DNA from: a virus
Length of the DNA: 64,000 bases
IMG/VR virus record: IMGVR_UViG_3300022602_000078
Location: 5,652-69,651 of that record
Direction: 5' to 3' (one strand)
The notes beneath the pieces are model-generated. The model ran no database searches. It was not told the origin of the DNA and saw only the letters and a program-made list of their open reading frames with translations. The position numbers and the translations under genes were made by a program. Positions 18,298-26,657 of the stretch are shown piece after piece. Position 1 is the first letter of the stretch; every line of letters begins with the position of its first letter.

Positions 18298-21282
18298 TTA
18301 TTGAGCAGGAGATGGTTCGGCGCCGCCTTCTGAACCGCCCATGTCGTCTGGAATTGCACCTTCTGTACCTGGTGCCGGAGCTTGATTATTACTTAAATCG
18401 CCAAGATCACCGGCAATACCATTGGCAGTAATTCCTGCACTACGTAATTCTGCACTGGCAGATAATTCTGTATTTTTAGAAATATTCTCTTCTTTCCACA
18501 TATGCTCGTTTTCCGCAATTTCTTCAGCAGTTAAACCTAAGAAACGTTTCATAGCATATCTATTACTAACAAATGGTATAGCAACTACAGCGTTAAATGT
18601 ATTAACACGAGCTGTATCCATTTCTGCTTGACGGTATGAAGCAAAGTTTTGTGGTGGATTAAAACGAATATCAAAAATATTAGAATCTATGTTAATACCT
18701 TTGGCATGTAGATATAGTTTAAATTCTGTATCAAATGTATCATGCATTAGGCTTTGTAAACGTTCACAATATTTGTTAAAACGCAATTCTTGAATATATG
18801 CAGTGCCTACACGACCATCATTAAAATTACTACCCCCATCATCTGATCCGGTAGGCAAATAGCTACTGGGTATGCGTAATGCACGGAATAATTTGTTAGT
18901 AAAATATTTTAAATCGTCTATTTCTCCAAGATTTTGTCCACCTTGTAAAATTTCAACTTTACTACCACGACCTTCTGCTGTTTGTGGGAAGAAGTAATCT
19001 TCATTGATTGAATTTTTAACGAAGATTCCTGCGTCAATGGCAAAAGTATGGTAATTATTCCATCTTTCTTTTCCATCAATGGTTATAGTCCCGGTATCTC
19101 TGTTAAAAACTTTTTCAATTTTAACTATTCTATGATTAAAATTATCAATCTCTCTAACAAAATACTTCCAATTTTTATATCCAAACTTTTCTAATAATCT
19201 ATCTAATTTGCTATATCCAAATTTAGAAAAATCTATTTTGCACTGTGCATTTTTATAATCTAATGGTTTGCTGTTTTCATTTTTTACTAGTGTTAATAGC
19301 TGTGCATCATTGTCACAAAGTTCTAAAATAGCATCTTTATTTTTAATTCCATTTTTTACTTTATTCGCCACAAGTTGTAACATTTCAAAAGTTAAGTTTA
19401 ATGGTTGATTTTTAATTTTTACGCGAGTATTGAGATTAGAAATAAGTTTATTTGCAAATTCTGGATTACTGGCAATATATTCTTTTCTAGATCTGCTGGC
19501 ATTTTCTTTATAAGAATCACGAGTGGTGGGATCATTTTGTCTCATCCAAACTGACTTTTTCTGTGCAACACGAATGTTCCAAAGAGCAGTTAGACGCCCT
19601 TCTTCCGACATATTGGTCCAATGTTCTTTTAGTGTTTTACTAATTTTATCGGTTAACTGTCGTCTATAATCATCGCTCATGTTTTCCCAAAATTCTTTCT
19701 TTTGAGCAGCATGATACAGAATATGGTCTTCTTTATTCATATAGGTTAAATTTCTAGGATCATTATTGAATCTATTGTGATCTTTGTGATGAACCACAGT
19801 TCTAGGACTTAAACTATATTCCTCAAGATAACAAAATTCTTGATGTTTTTCTATCTTTCTAAAAAACTCTGCAACGGTTCTATGAGTCCATATCCATGAT
19901 TTTTTTTCATGGTCCCATACTTGTTGATAGTCATTACCATTAGAAGCAATATCTTCATTTTTAGTATTAAAAGAAATTAAACTATCTTTTTCTGTTAGAT
20001 CTTTTGCTTCAACAAATCCGCGGCCAAATACGGGAATTTTATGATCAGGCGTGCAAGTAAATGTCTTACCATTGTCTAATGTAATTTCAATTACATCTGT
20101 ATTTTTTCTTGTTATACCGGCCCAATCGATTACACCAGGAACTATTTTGCCTGTAACAGGATCACAGCTATAAGCCCAGTTTTCTTTGCCTTGCTCAAAT
20201 TCTTTTATAATTTCATTTAATGACAAGGTTCTACCATCTAACAAAGGAATTTTAGTTTCAAGGTCAAGGCATAACGGATTATAACTGGCGTCTATGACAC
20301 TTTGGCTACCACCATTTGAACTAGGTATTCTGCGTTGGTTTACTTCATTCTTTACACGCTCGACAAAACTCATAGCTAAGTGACTGGGCATATTACCTAC
20401 ATCAATATAAAATACACGACGTTCTGGCGCACGTTGTACACGATAGATAATAATAGCATCTTCTAATAATTCTTTTTGTTTGAATACTTTGAAGATTGTT
20501 TCCATCAAACTATTTCCGAATGGATAATTGTTATCCATTCCTTCGCTCATGCTGATATGTATTACATGTCGAGCGTCGATGGCATATTGATTTTGATTAT
20601 TGCTGAATCTACTACCGCTAGCTCCTGTAGGAAATGACCCCACCATGCCCCGACTTCCGCCGGCCCCGCCTTGCCCTGTACCATAACTGCCGCCGAATTG
20701 GCTTCCACCTCCTTGTATATTTGATGGTTGAATGGCAGTTGTGGCCAGGGTTTCAAGATTGGGATTAAAGTCTCGAATAACATATTGCTCAGGTTTTTTA
20801 CCATCACTTTCATTAACAATAACTTTGTCCACTTTAGCAGGATCAATATACATCCAAGCCTGAGTTTCAGGATCTCTTACAAAAAATGTATCACCATACT
20901 TAAAGGCATTTCTTACAATTTTAAAAATTCTTGTGTGAAACTTGTTTAATTTGGTCCATGTCTGCAGATATTTTTTAATGATTTTAATTTCAGTAGTAGT
21001 AGCTTGTTCTTTAAAAAATATTTGAAATGGAGTACCATTTTCAACATTAGACTGTGTACAAAATTCTGCTAAAATATCAAAAGCAGCATTGACTTCACTA
21101 TCCCAATCCATGGTATCATATTGCCCATAACGTTCAAGTCGATTAGGATGGCCAGAATAAACATCAGGCAAATAACTAGAGTAATTAGTTCGGCTGAGGC
21201 TACCGCCTGAATTCATTGATCCATTAACCGGACTTAATTGTCCTGAAGTATTAACGGGAGTAAAATATTTTTTCCAACTCAT
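18298..21282 (-). CDS. gp20: Portal vertex protein (gp20), intein-containing
   Basis: 'LLEDAIIIYRVQRAPERRVFYIDVGNMP', 'EDYFFPQTAEGRGSKVEILQGGQNLGEIDDLKYF', 'ELRFNKYCERLQ'. Confidence 0.95.
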   Translation of the reverse strand: MSWKKYFTPVNTSGQLSPVNGSMNSGGSLSRTNYSSYLPDVYSGHPNRLERYGQYDTMDWDSEVNAAFDILAEFCTQSNVENGTPFQIFFKEQATTTEIKIIKKYLQTWTKLNKFHTRIFKIVRNAFKYGDTFFVRDPETQAWMYIDPAKVDKVIVNESDGKKPEQYVIRDFNPNLETLATTAIQPSNIQGGGSQFGGSYGTGQGGAGGSRGMVGSFPTGASGSRFSNNQNQYAIDARHVIHISMSEGMDNNYPFGNSLMETIFKVFKQKELLEDAIIIYRVQRAPERRVFYIDVGNMPSHLAMSFVERVKNEVNQRRIPSSNGGSQSVIDASYNPLCLDLETKIPLLDGRTLSLNEIIKEFEQGKENWAYSCDPVTGKIVPGVIDWAGITRKNTDVIEITLDNGKTFTCTPDHKIPVFGRGFVEAKDLTEKDSLISFNTKNEDIASNGNDYQQVWDHEKKSWIWTHRTVAEFFRKIEKHQEFCYLEEYSLSPRTVVHHKDHNRFNNDPRNLTYMNKEDHILYHAAQKKEFWENMSDDYRRQLTDKISKTLKEHWTNMSEEGRLTALWNIRVAQKKSVWMRQNDPTTRDSYKENASRSRKEYIASNPEFANKLISNLNTRVKIKNQPLNLTFEMLQLVANKVKNGIKNKDAILELCDNDAQLLTLVKNENSKPLDYKNAQCKIDFSKFGYSKLDRLLEKFGYKNWKYFVREIDNFNHRIVKIEKVFNRDTGTITIDGKERWNNYHTFAIDAGIFVKNSINEDYFFPQTAEGRGSKVEILQGGQNLGEIDDLKYFTNKLFRALRIPSSYLPTGSDDGGSNFNDGRVGTAYIQELRFNKYCERLQSLMHDTFDTEFKLYLHAKGINIDSNIFDIRFNPPQNFASYRQAEMDTARVNTFNAVVAIPFVSNRYAMKRFLGLTAEEIAENEHMWKEENISKNTELSASAELRSAGITANGIAGDLGDLSNNQAPAPGTEGAIPDDMGGSEGGAEPSPAQ
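19012..20271 (-). mobile_element. Intein (420 aa) with HNH homing endonuclease
   Basis: Starts CLDLETKIPLLDG (block A), 'TCTPDHKI' (block B TxxH), ends 'HTFAIDAGIFVKN' followed by Ser; internal 'VVHHKDHNRFNNDPRNL...H' HNH motif; removal restores YNPL|SINEDYFF. Confidence 0.93.
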
Positions 21283-21285
21283 AAA

Positions 21286-23541
21286 TTAAAACGCCTCTAA
21301 CAAATTACCATTCAATGCACGAGTAGCATCATGAGTAAGACGGGTATTATCAGCCGTTTGTTTCATGTAATTTAATAGCTGCTGTGTAAGAGTATTTAAC
21401 TGTTTTAAGTCCTCGGATAGGGTATTTTGACCTGCACCAGAGATAATTTTCCCCATTTGTTCTGGTGTTACTACCGATTCGGTTCCATGTAAATTAACTG
21501 CTGTTTCTTTGCCCCAGTTTTCAAATAAATTTCCTGTTGCTCCTAAACTGCCGCCGGCACGGTTCGGTTCGGTCATTTTTTGTGCTGTAACTTTTATTTC
21601 TTCTAATCCTGATATCCGATTGTAATATTTTTCAAATGCCTTTTCGACTTCTGGTAAATCGGGCACAACTGGTGTTCCGGTTGCTCTACCGGTCGAATGT
21701 GGTGTATGTGCTTTTATATAGTTTTCAGCAAAATCTTTATATGCTGCTGCCTTTTCATCTTCAGGATTAGTTTCTGCTCTAGAACGAAGTTCTTCGGCTC
21801 GAAGTCTTGCCTGATGTTTTTCAGAAGATTCCATAAATGGATTTATTTTTCTTAAAAATGTATCTATAACCAGATCAAATAAGTTACTAAAAGCTGTTTT
21901 TAACCACGGTAATAAATCGTCTTCCCATAATTTTATAATAGGTGGTCCAATAACTTCCCAAATATTTTTAGCGGCTTCTGCTAATTTGTCCCATATTTTA
22001 GTAAAACCCCCTTTAAGGCCGCCTTCTTTAAAGGCTCCTGAAATTTCCGTTATAGATTTTGTTAACCAGTTTACTACTTGGTTAATTGCTTCTCCCATTG
22101 GTGTTATCTTTTCGCTTGCTATACCTAATAATGAATTACTAATATCTAATATAATAGAGTTAAACGGTGCTAGGATTTTATAAAACATGTTCATTATGTT
22201 CATGCCTAGTAATTTGAGACTTTGTTCTGCATTGCCTAATGCCGCTGCGTCGCTTACCGCAGATTTTAATTGATCTTTTCTTGCCTTTTCTTCAGCTTTT
22301 GAAATATCTCCTGTTCGTCGAGCTGCTTGTATCTGTGCTTGATTAAACAATCCTGAACTGAGTACACCGGTTACTCCCATAGAATTAAATAATCTCAATG
22401 ATGCATCATCCATTTGTTGGAATGTATTAGTTAACGTAGTAATAGATGTTTGACCGCTGATTATACCTCTAACCAAATTACCTATCTGCACACTCATACC
22501 ACCAGTAGTGATAGCCATATTGGTAGCTGCTTCATCTAATGGAGCATCTATACCTCTAAATTGATTTTTAACTACATTAACTAATGCTTCTCCACCCATA
22601 GCTTGAGCAGCAGCTAAGGCTTGGGTTACTCTTTTTGCTGCTTCGGGTCCTAAAGAATCTTTAAATGACTGCCATAGTTGTTCTTCTTCTGCTTTTTTTA
22701 CTGCCTTATCAAGCTGATCTCGTTGAATACCGGTTACCTTAGCTAATCCATCTAACTGAGTCATGTATTCTGCTGTATACTTTGCTAACTGTTCTGCTGT
22801 AGCAGCACCTGCTCGACCCATTGCACCTTGACCTTTGGTCATGGTTATTAACATTTCATTTGCTTGTTGAGCAGTATAGCCCATACCAAATATAGCTTCT
22901 CTAAACCTACTACGTGGACCAATTAAATCACTGCTGGCATCGGCAAACTTTCGAATCCCATCTGCTACGCTACCGCCCATAGTAGCAAATGTGTCTGAAT
23001 TGTCTTTTATAACTTTTTGAAATTCATCCAATGTTAATCCAGCAGCAGTTGCTATATTATGAACGGCTTGTAAACTACCACCAAAACTTGCGCCAGATTC
23101 GGTAAGTGTTCTATATGAATCCAATAGTCCTTCGGAGATCTTGACCATGCTGGAAAATATACTGGCTAATTTACCTATTCCCAATGGCAGCTCTGAAAAT
23201 GCATCAAATAAATCATGTAATCTTGCTTTGCCTTCCGCGGCTTTTTTTGCAAGATCGAATAAATTCATTCCTAATCCAGCAATGCTTCCAATAACATCAC
23301 CGATGACTCCTACAATACCTGAAAGAACATTAGATAATACACTAATGGCTTTAATCATAGGATTAAATTGTTTGGTTGCTTCTGTAGCCGCCGAAGCTAA
23401 TCCTCCTAACCCTTGACCAGTTCCTCCGGGCCCGCTTCCTGAGGTGGGTTTAAATGATCCGGCTAATTTTTTTAGAATTTCGGTCTGAGCTTTACTATTT
23501 TTAAGTAATTCGTCTAAAATTGCTTCCGCGGTACCATTCAT
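21286..23541 (-). CDS. Tape-measure-like / baseplate hub protein
   Basis: 751 aa, Ala/Gly-rich and helical with Trp/Phe-spaced repeats; C-terminal 'RAGGSLG...LHGTESVVTP'; adjacent to the chaperone-like pair. Confidence 0.6.
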   Translation of the reverse strand: MNGTAEAILDELLKNSKAQTEILKKLAGSFKPTSGSGPGGTGQGLGGLASAATEATKQFNPMIKAISVLSNVLSGIVGVIGDVIGSIAGLGMNLFDLAKKAAEGKARLHDLFDAFSELPLGIGKLASIFSSMVKISEGLLDSYRTLTESGASFGGSLQAVHNIATAAGLTLDEFQKVIKDNSDTFATMGGSVADGIRKFADASSDLIGPRSRFREAIFGMGYTAQQANEMLITMTKGQGAMGRAGAATAEQLAKYTAEYMTQLDGLAKVTGIQRDQLDKAVKKAEEEQLWQSFKDSLGPEAAKRVTQALAAAQAMGGEALVNVVKNQFRGIDAPLDEAATNMAITTGGMSVQIGNLVRGIISGQTSITTLTNTFQQMDDASLRLFNSMGVTGVLSSGLFNQAQIQAARRTGDISKAEEKARKDQLKSAVSDAAALGNAEQSLKLLGMNIMNMFYKILAPFNSIILDISNSLLGIASEKITPMGEAINQVVNWLTKSITEISGAFKEGGLKGGFTKIWDKLAEAAKNIWEVIGPPIIKLWEDDLLPWLKTAFSNLFDLVIDTFLRKINPFMESSEKHQARLRAEELRSRAETNPEDEKAAAYKDFAENYIKAHTPHSTGRATGTPVVPDLPEVEKAFEKYYNRISGLEEIKVTAQKMTEPNRAGGSLGATGNLFENWGKETAVNLHGTESVVTPEQMGKIISGAGQNTLSEDLKQLNTLTQQLLNYMKQTADNTRLTHDATRALNGNLLEAF

Positions 23542-23569
23542 AGTTTAAAAATGCCCATTATATTAGCAG

Positions 23570-23605
23570 ATAAATAAAAGATCACAGATCTTCAAGTTTA
23601 TTTAT
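23570..23605. promoter_or_regulatory. Face-to-face late promoters for divergent genes
   Basis: ATAAATA on plus at 23570-23576 and on minus at 23599-23605. Confidence 0.65.
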
Positions 23606-23616
23606 CGGAGAAAAAT

Positions 23617-24486
23617 ATGCAAAATAATCCTGTTCCAAAAAAAGCAAATCCTTTGGCCAACTATATGCGTCAGCCAAAGATTTATATCAAATTACCTAGT
23701 ATGGGTAATTATTGGCCCATGGGAAGTATTGTAATGCCCGATACCGGAGAATTACCTGTTTATTCCATGACTGCCAAAGATGAATTGATGTTTAAAACTC
23801 CAGACGCACTGATGAATGGACAGGCCATGGTAGAAGTTATACAAAGCTGTATGCCTAATATTAAAAACGCTTGGGATTGTCCTACTATAGATTTTGATGC
23901 TATTCTTATAGCTATAAGATTGGCTACATATGGCGATAAGATGACTATATCCCATAAAATTCCTGTAATTAACGAAGAAGTAGATCACGAATTAGATTTA
24001 AGAATGGTATTACAACAACAACAGAATAATCGTTGGATCGAACAAGTGGCGGTCAGTGAGGACTTTATTATATTTGTAAGACCGTTAACTTATAAACATA
24101 TGACTAAAACTAATCTTAAAAACTTTGAAACTTCAAGAATTTTAAATATGGTTAACGATGAAACTATTTCCGACGAAAAGAAAATGGAAATGTTTAATAT
24201 CAGCTTTACTAATCTTACCAAAGTCACTGTGGATTTGATTACAGATAGTATTGCTAAAATTGTTACTAATGAAGGTGAAGTATCTGATAGAAAATTTATC
24301 GCAGAATTTATTGCCAATTCGGATAAGGATATGTTTAAACAGGTACAGGAACATCTAACAGAACTTAAAAAGAATAATGACCTTAAATCTCTAGAGTTCA
24401 CTACTACAGAAGAACAACAAGCAGCGGGTGCTCCTGCCACTTATACAATACCAGTTAGTTTTAATAATTCTGATTTTTTCGACTAA
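23617..24486 (+). CDS. Baseplate hub / tail assembly chaperone (gp26-like)
   Basis: 'IKLPSMG...VYSMTAKDELM...DFDAILIAIRLATYG'; ends 'SDFFD'. Confidence 0.7.
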   Translation: MQNNPVPKKANPLANYMRQPKIYIKLPSMGNYWPMGSIVMPDTGELPVYSMTAKDELMFKTPDALMNGQAMVEVIQSCMPNIKNAWDCPTIDFDAILIAIRLATYGDKMTISHKIPVINEEVDHELDLRMVLQQQQNNRWIEQVAVSEDFIIFVRPLTYKHMTKTNLKNFETSRILNMVNDETISDEKKMEMFNISFTNLTKVTVDLITDSIAKIVTNEGEVSDRKFIAEFIANSDKDMFKQVQEHLTELKKNNDLKSLEFTTTEEQQAAGAPATYTIPVSFNNSDFFD

Positions 24487-24491
24487 GGCTT

Positions 24492-24710
24492 TTGACTATG
24501 ACCCTGCCTGAGATCGAGGCAGAAGTCAAAAAATTAGATCGAGAGTCAAAAGCCTTAAGAAAAGATACGTTTAAATTAGCTTGGTATATGAGAGGTGCAT
24601 TGACAGTAGATCAAGCATTTGGCATGGATATCTCAGATAGAGAAATTATATCCGAGATTATTAAAGAAAACATTGAAACTACTAAAACTACGGGCTTACC
24701 GCACTTTTAA
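24492..24710 (+). CDS. Baseplate/tail assembly chaperone C-terminal partner (gp51-like); possible -1 frameshift extension
   Basis: 'KLAWYMRGALTVDQAFGMDISDREII' resembles the short ORFs that follow tail chaperones; lies in the -1 frame of the upstream gene. Confidence 0.65.
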   Translation: MTMTLPEIEAEVKKLDRESKALRKDTFKLAWYMRGALTVDQAFGMDISDREIISEIIKENIETTKTTGLPHF

Positions 24711-25504
24711 CTTTTATAATCAATACGCTTTATTGACTTCTTAAGTATAGAAATTTCATCAAACTCCGCATCAATAATGGTTTTATCCACCGATTCTTTA
24801 AGTGGTTTTGCTGCTATTTGTTTTGATTCAAATCCTGCTCTAGTAAGACGTTGATCAATGTTAGCAAGTTGTTGTTTTAATTGAGTAACTTCATCATTGC
24901 CGCCGCGATTACTGCGTACACTCCTTTGTGGAGCACCATCTCCCTGATATCGATCTCCCCGATAAGGCTGTGAAGGTCCGCCGAATTTTTGTCCCGATCT
25001 AGCAGTATGATAACCTTTACCAAACCCTCCTCCGAAAGCTCCTATAGTTTGAGTGAGACCACCGGCTGCTTGTGCTGTAACATCACCTAATCCTTTAACG
25101 AATCCAGGAGCAGCACTACCTGCTTTTTTTGCAAGTTTACCTGCACCTTTTAATGCACCTTTCCAAAATCCCTGTTTGGCAGTTGCATCATTCGTAGTAC
25201 CAGTTGCGGCAGCAGTTGCATCATTCGTAGTACCAGTTGCGGCAGCAGTTGCATCATTCGTAGTACCAGTTGCGGGGGCAGCGGCTGTAGTCGGGGTTCC
25301 TACTTGAGGAGTATTAGGATCAAATGTTGCAGCAGTAGCAGGGTTTACCTGTTGTCCTTGGAATCTCATAGTTAAATTAGAAGGGTTTGTTGTCTTAGGT
25401 TCCGAAGAACTAGCTGTAGAAATAGATTTTCCGTCCGGACCAACTAACCCTGTTGGTGCAGTTTCAGCTTCTTGTAATGCAGATATTAATTGTTCGATTT
25501 TCAT
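24707..25504 (-). CDS. Low-complexity late protein, possible internal head protein
   Basis: Start revised to MKIEQL (25504) because TATAAATA at 25528-25535 abuts 25525 and SD GAAGGA precedes 25504; LxE sites; Ala/Gly/Thr-rich. Confidence 0.6.
   Translation of the reverse strand: MKIEQLISALQEAETAPTGLVGPDGKSISTASSSEPKTTNPSNLTMRFQGQQVNPATAATFDPNTPQVGTPTTAAAPATGTTNDATAAATGTTNDATAAATGTTNDATAKQGFWKGALKGAGKLAKKAGSAAPGFVKGLGDVTAQAAGGLTQTIGAFGGGFGKGYHTARSGQKFGGPSQPYRGDRYQGDGAPQRSVRSNRGGNDEVTQLKQQLANIDQRLTRAGFESKQIAAKPLKESVDKTIIDAEFDEISILKKSIKRIDYKS
25179..25275. repeat. ~3 tandem 33-bp repeats (ATGTTNDATAA)
   Basis: Unit GCAGTTGCATCATTCGTAGTACCAGTTGCGGCA at 25179, 25212 and 25245 (last copy partial). 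Confidence 0.93.
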
Positions 25505-25527
25505 ATACAATCCTTCAATTGACATTT

Positions 25528-25535
25528 TATTTATA
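25528..25535 (-). promoter_or_regulatory. Late promoter TATAAATA
   Basis: Exact consensus. Confidence 0.75.
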
Positions 25536-25546
25536 CTTCAATTATA

Positions 25547-25568
25547 TAAAAGCGAACTCTGTTCGCTT
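25547..25568 (-). terminator. Terminator-like hairpin closing the structured non-coding region
   Basis: Minus strand AAGCGAAC-AGA-GTTCGCTTTTAT. Confidence 0.6.
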
Positions 25569-25609
25569 GCCGTTTCGCTCACGCTCACAGCATTTTATGG
25601 ATTTCTTTT

Positions 25610-25960
25610 TAATTCATGCAGATTGTATAGTCAGACGGAACCATTTTACTGGCTCCGTCCTTCTTGGTTTTCATGCGAGTTGCACAGCCAAGACATTGGA
25701 TGTAGGTACTTAGTTTATACACCGCTCCATGGACTCTGTACTTTTCCTGCCTACTACGACACATTATATAGCTATAATGCCCGAAACTCGTTCCTGATCC
25801 TTCGGGTGTTTAGGAGTATTGGTGTTTTCGAATGACAGCAAGACATTCTATACCAAAATTTAGACCCTCAGGGGAATATTTCAGTATGTACGTGTGTGAT
25901 TTCTAATCACTTTTTCCACAGCGGTATTACTGCTGGCCCGCTAACCTTATGTGCTGTATT
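25610..25960 (-). ncRNA. Putative large structured non-coding RNA (unclassified)
   Basis: Longest gene-free stretch in the window, ~42% GC by hand count, at least six stems; G-U wobbles in three stems favour the minus strand. Confidence 0.55.
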
Positions 25961-25968
25961 GATTTGCC

Positions 25969-26229
25969 TTAGATGCCTTTAGGGAGCCATGTAACAAACT
26001 TTCCGCCACAAGTATTACAAATTACTTTACCTGAATGAGGACCAAATGGACCTCTAATGGGTTGCCAATTATGAGTTTCGTGTATGCCTAAATTAATATG
26101 TATATTTTTGGGATTTTCTAAACTAAACAATTTCCATTTTTTATCTTGAATTTCTCGCCTTTTTTTAGCCCATTCATAATGATCTATCTTATCGTATGCT
26201 TTGCGCTTTTCCCAATTTAATTTTGTCAT
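25969..26229 (-). CDS. Small basic protein with putative zinc finger
   Basis: 'HETH...GPHSGKVICNTCGGKFVTWL'; ATGA-coupled to the upstream GIY-YIG gene. Confidence 0.7.
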   Translation of the reverse strand: MTKLNWEKRKAYDKIDHYEWAKKRREIQDKKWKLFSLENPKNIHINLGIHETHNWQPIRGPFGPHSGKVICNTCGGKFVTWLPKGI

Positions 26230-26657
26230 TTTATTGATTTTAATATATGTGAACCATGTACCCTAACACGAATATGACCGTTATAATAATCATTTGACTC
26301 TAAAACTCTTCTTAATACCTGTTCTTTAAGCTCTAGATATGATGTTTGTGCTTTAGATGTGCAATAATGTAAAATTTCTCTGGTGAAGTTTTCTTTGCCT
26401 AATTTTGCTATGTCTTTTGTTAGTTCGTCTGAGGAGCCATAATATGTTTGCCAATCTGATTGAATTTTACTTTTAATTTTCTTTCTTTTCTTTTTGCCGT
26501 TCTTCAACTTTACAGTCTTGTAGGTCGTTTTACTAAATTTTGCTAATTTTTTGCCTATATACTTCCTACCTGTGACAACATTTACAATTATGTAAACAAA
26601 CCCCACGCAATCTTCTGGTAGTTCTGTTACTTCTTTTCCTTGATAGGTCCACATCAT
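26226..26657 (-). CDS. GIY-YIG endonuclease (short, endonuclease II/Seg-like)
   Basis: '[19 protein letters not shown]', 'YYGSS', 'FTREIL', 'YLE', 'YYN'. Confidence 0.85.
   Translation of the reverse strand: MMWTYQGKEVTELPEDCVGFVYIIVNVVTGRKYIGKKLAKFSKTTYKTVKLKNGKKKRKKIKSKIQSDWQTYYGSSDELTKDIAKLGKENFTREILHYCTSKAQTSYLELKEQVLRRVLESNDYYNGHIRVRVHGSHILKSIK

Noticed and set aside
25453-25835. Plus-strand ORFs 25453..25713 and 25623..25835
   Set aside because: Non-ATG starts, no SD, atypical composition, mutually overlapping; better explained as non-coding structure
25610-25960. Group I/II intron, RNase P RNA, tmRNA or tRNA identity for the structured region
   Set aside because: No interrupted gene flanks it; GAGCC...GGTTC is too short for group II domain V; no ordered P/Q/R/S elements, no exact GAGGAAAGUCC, no T-loop/CCA
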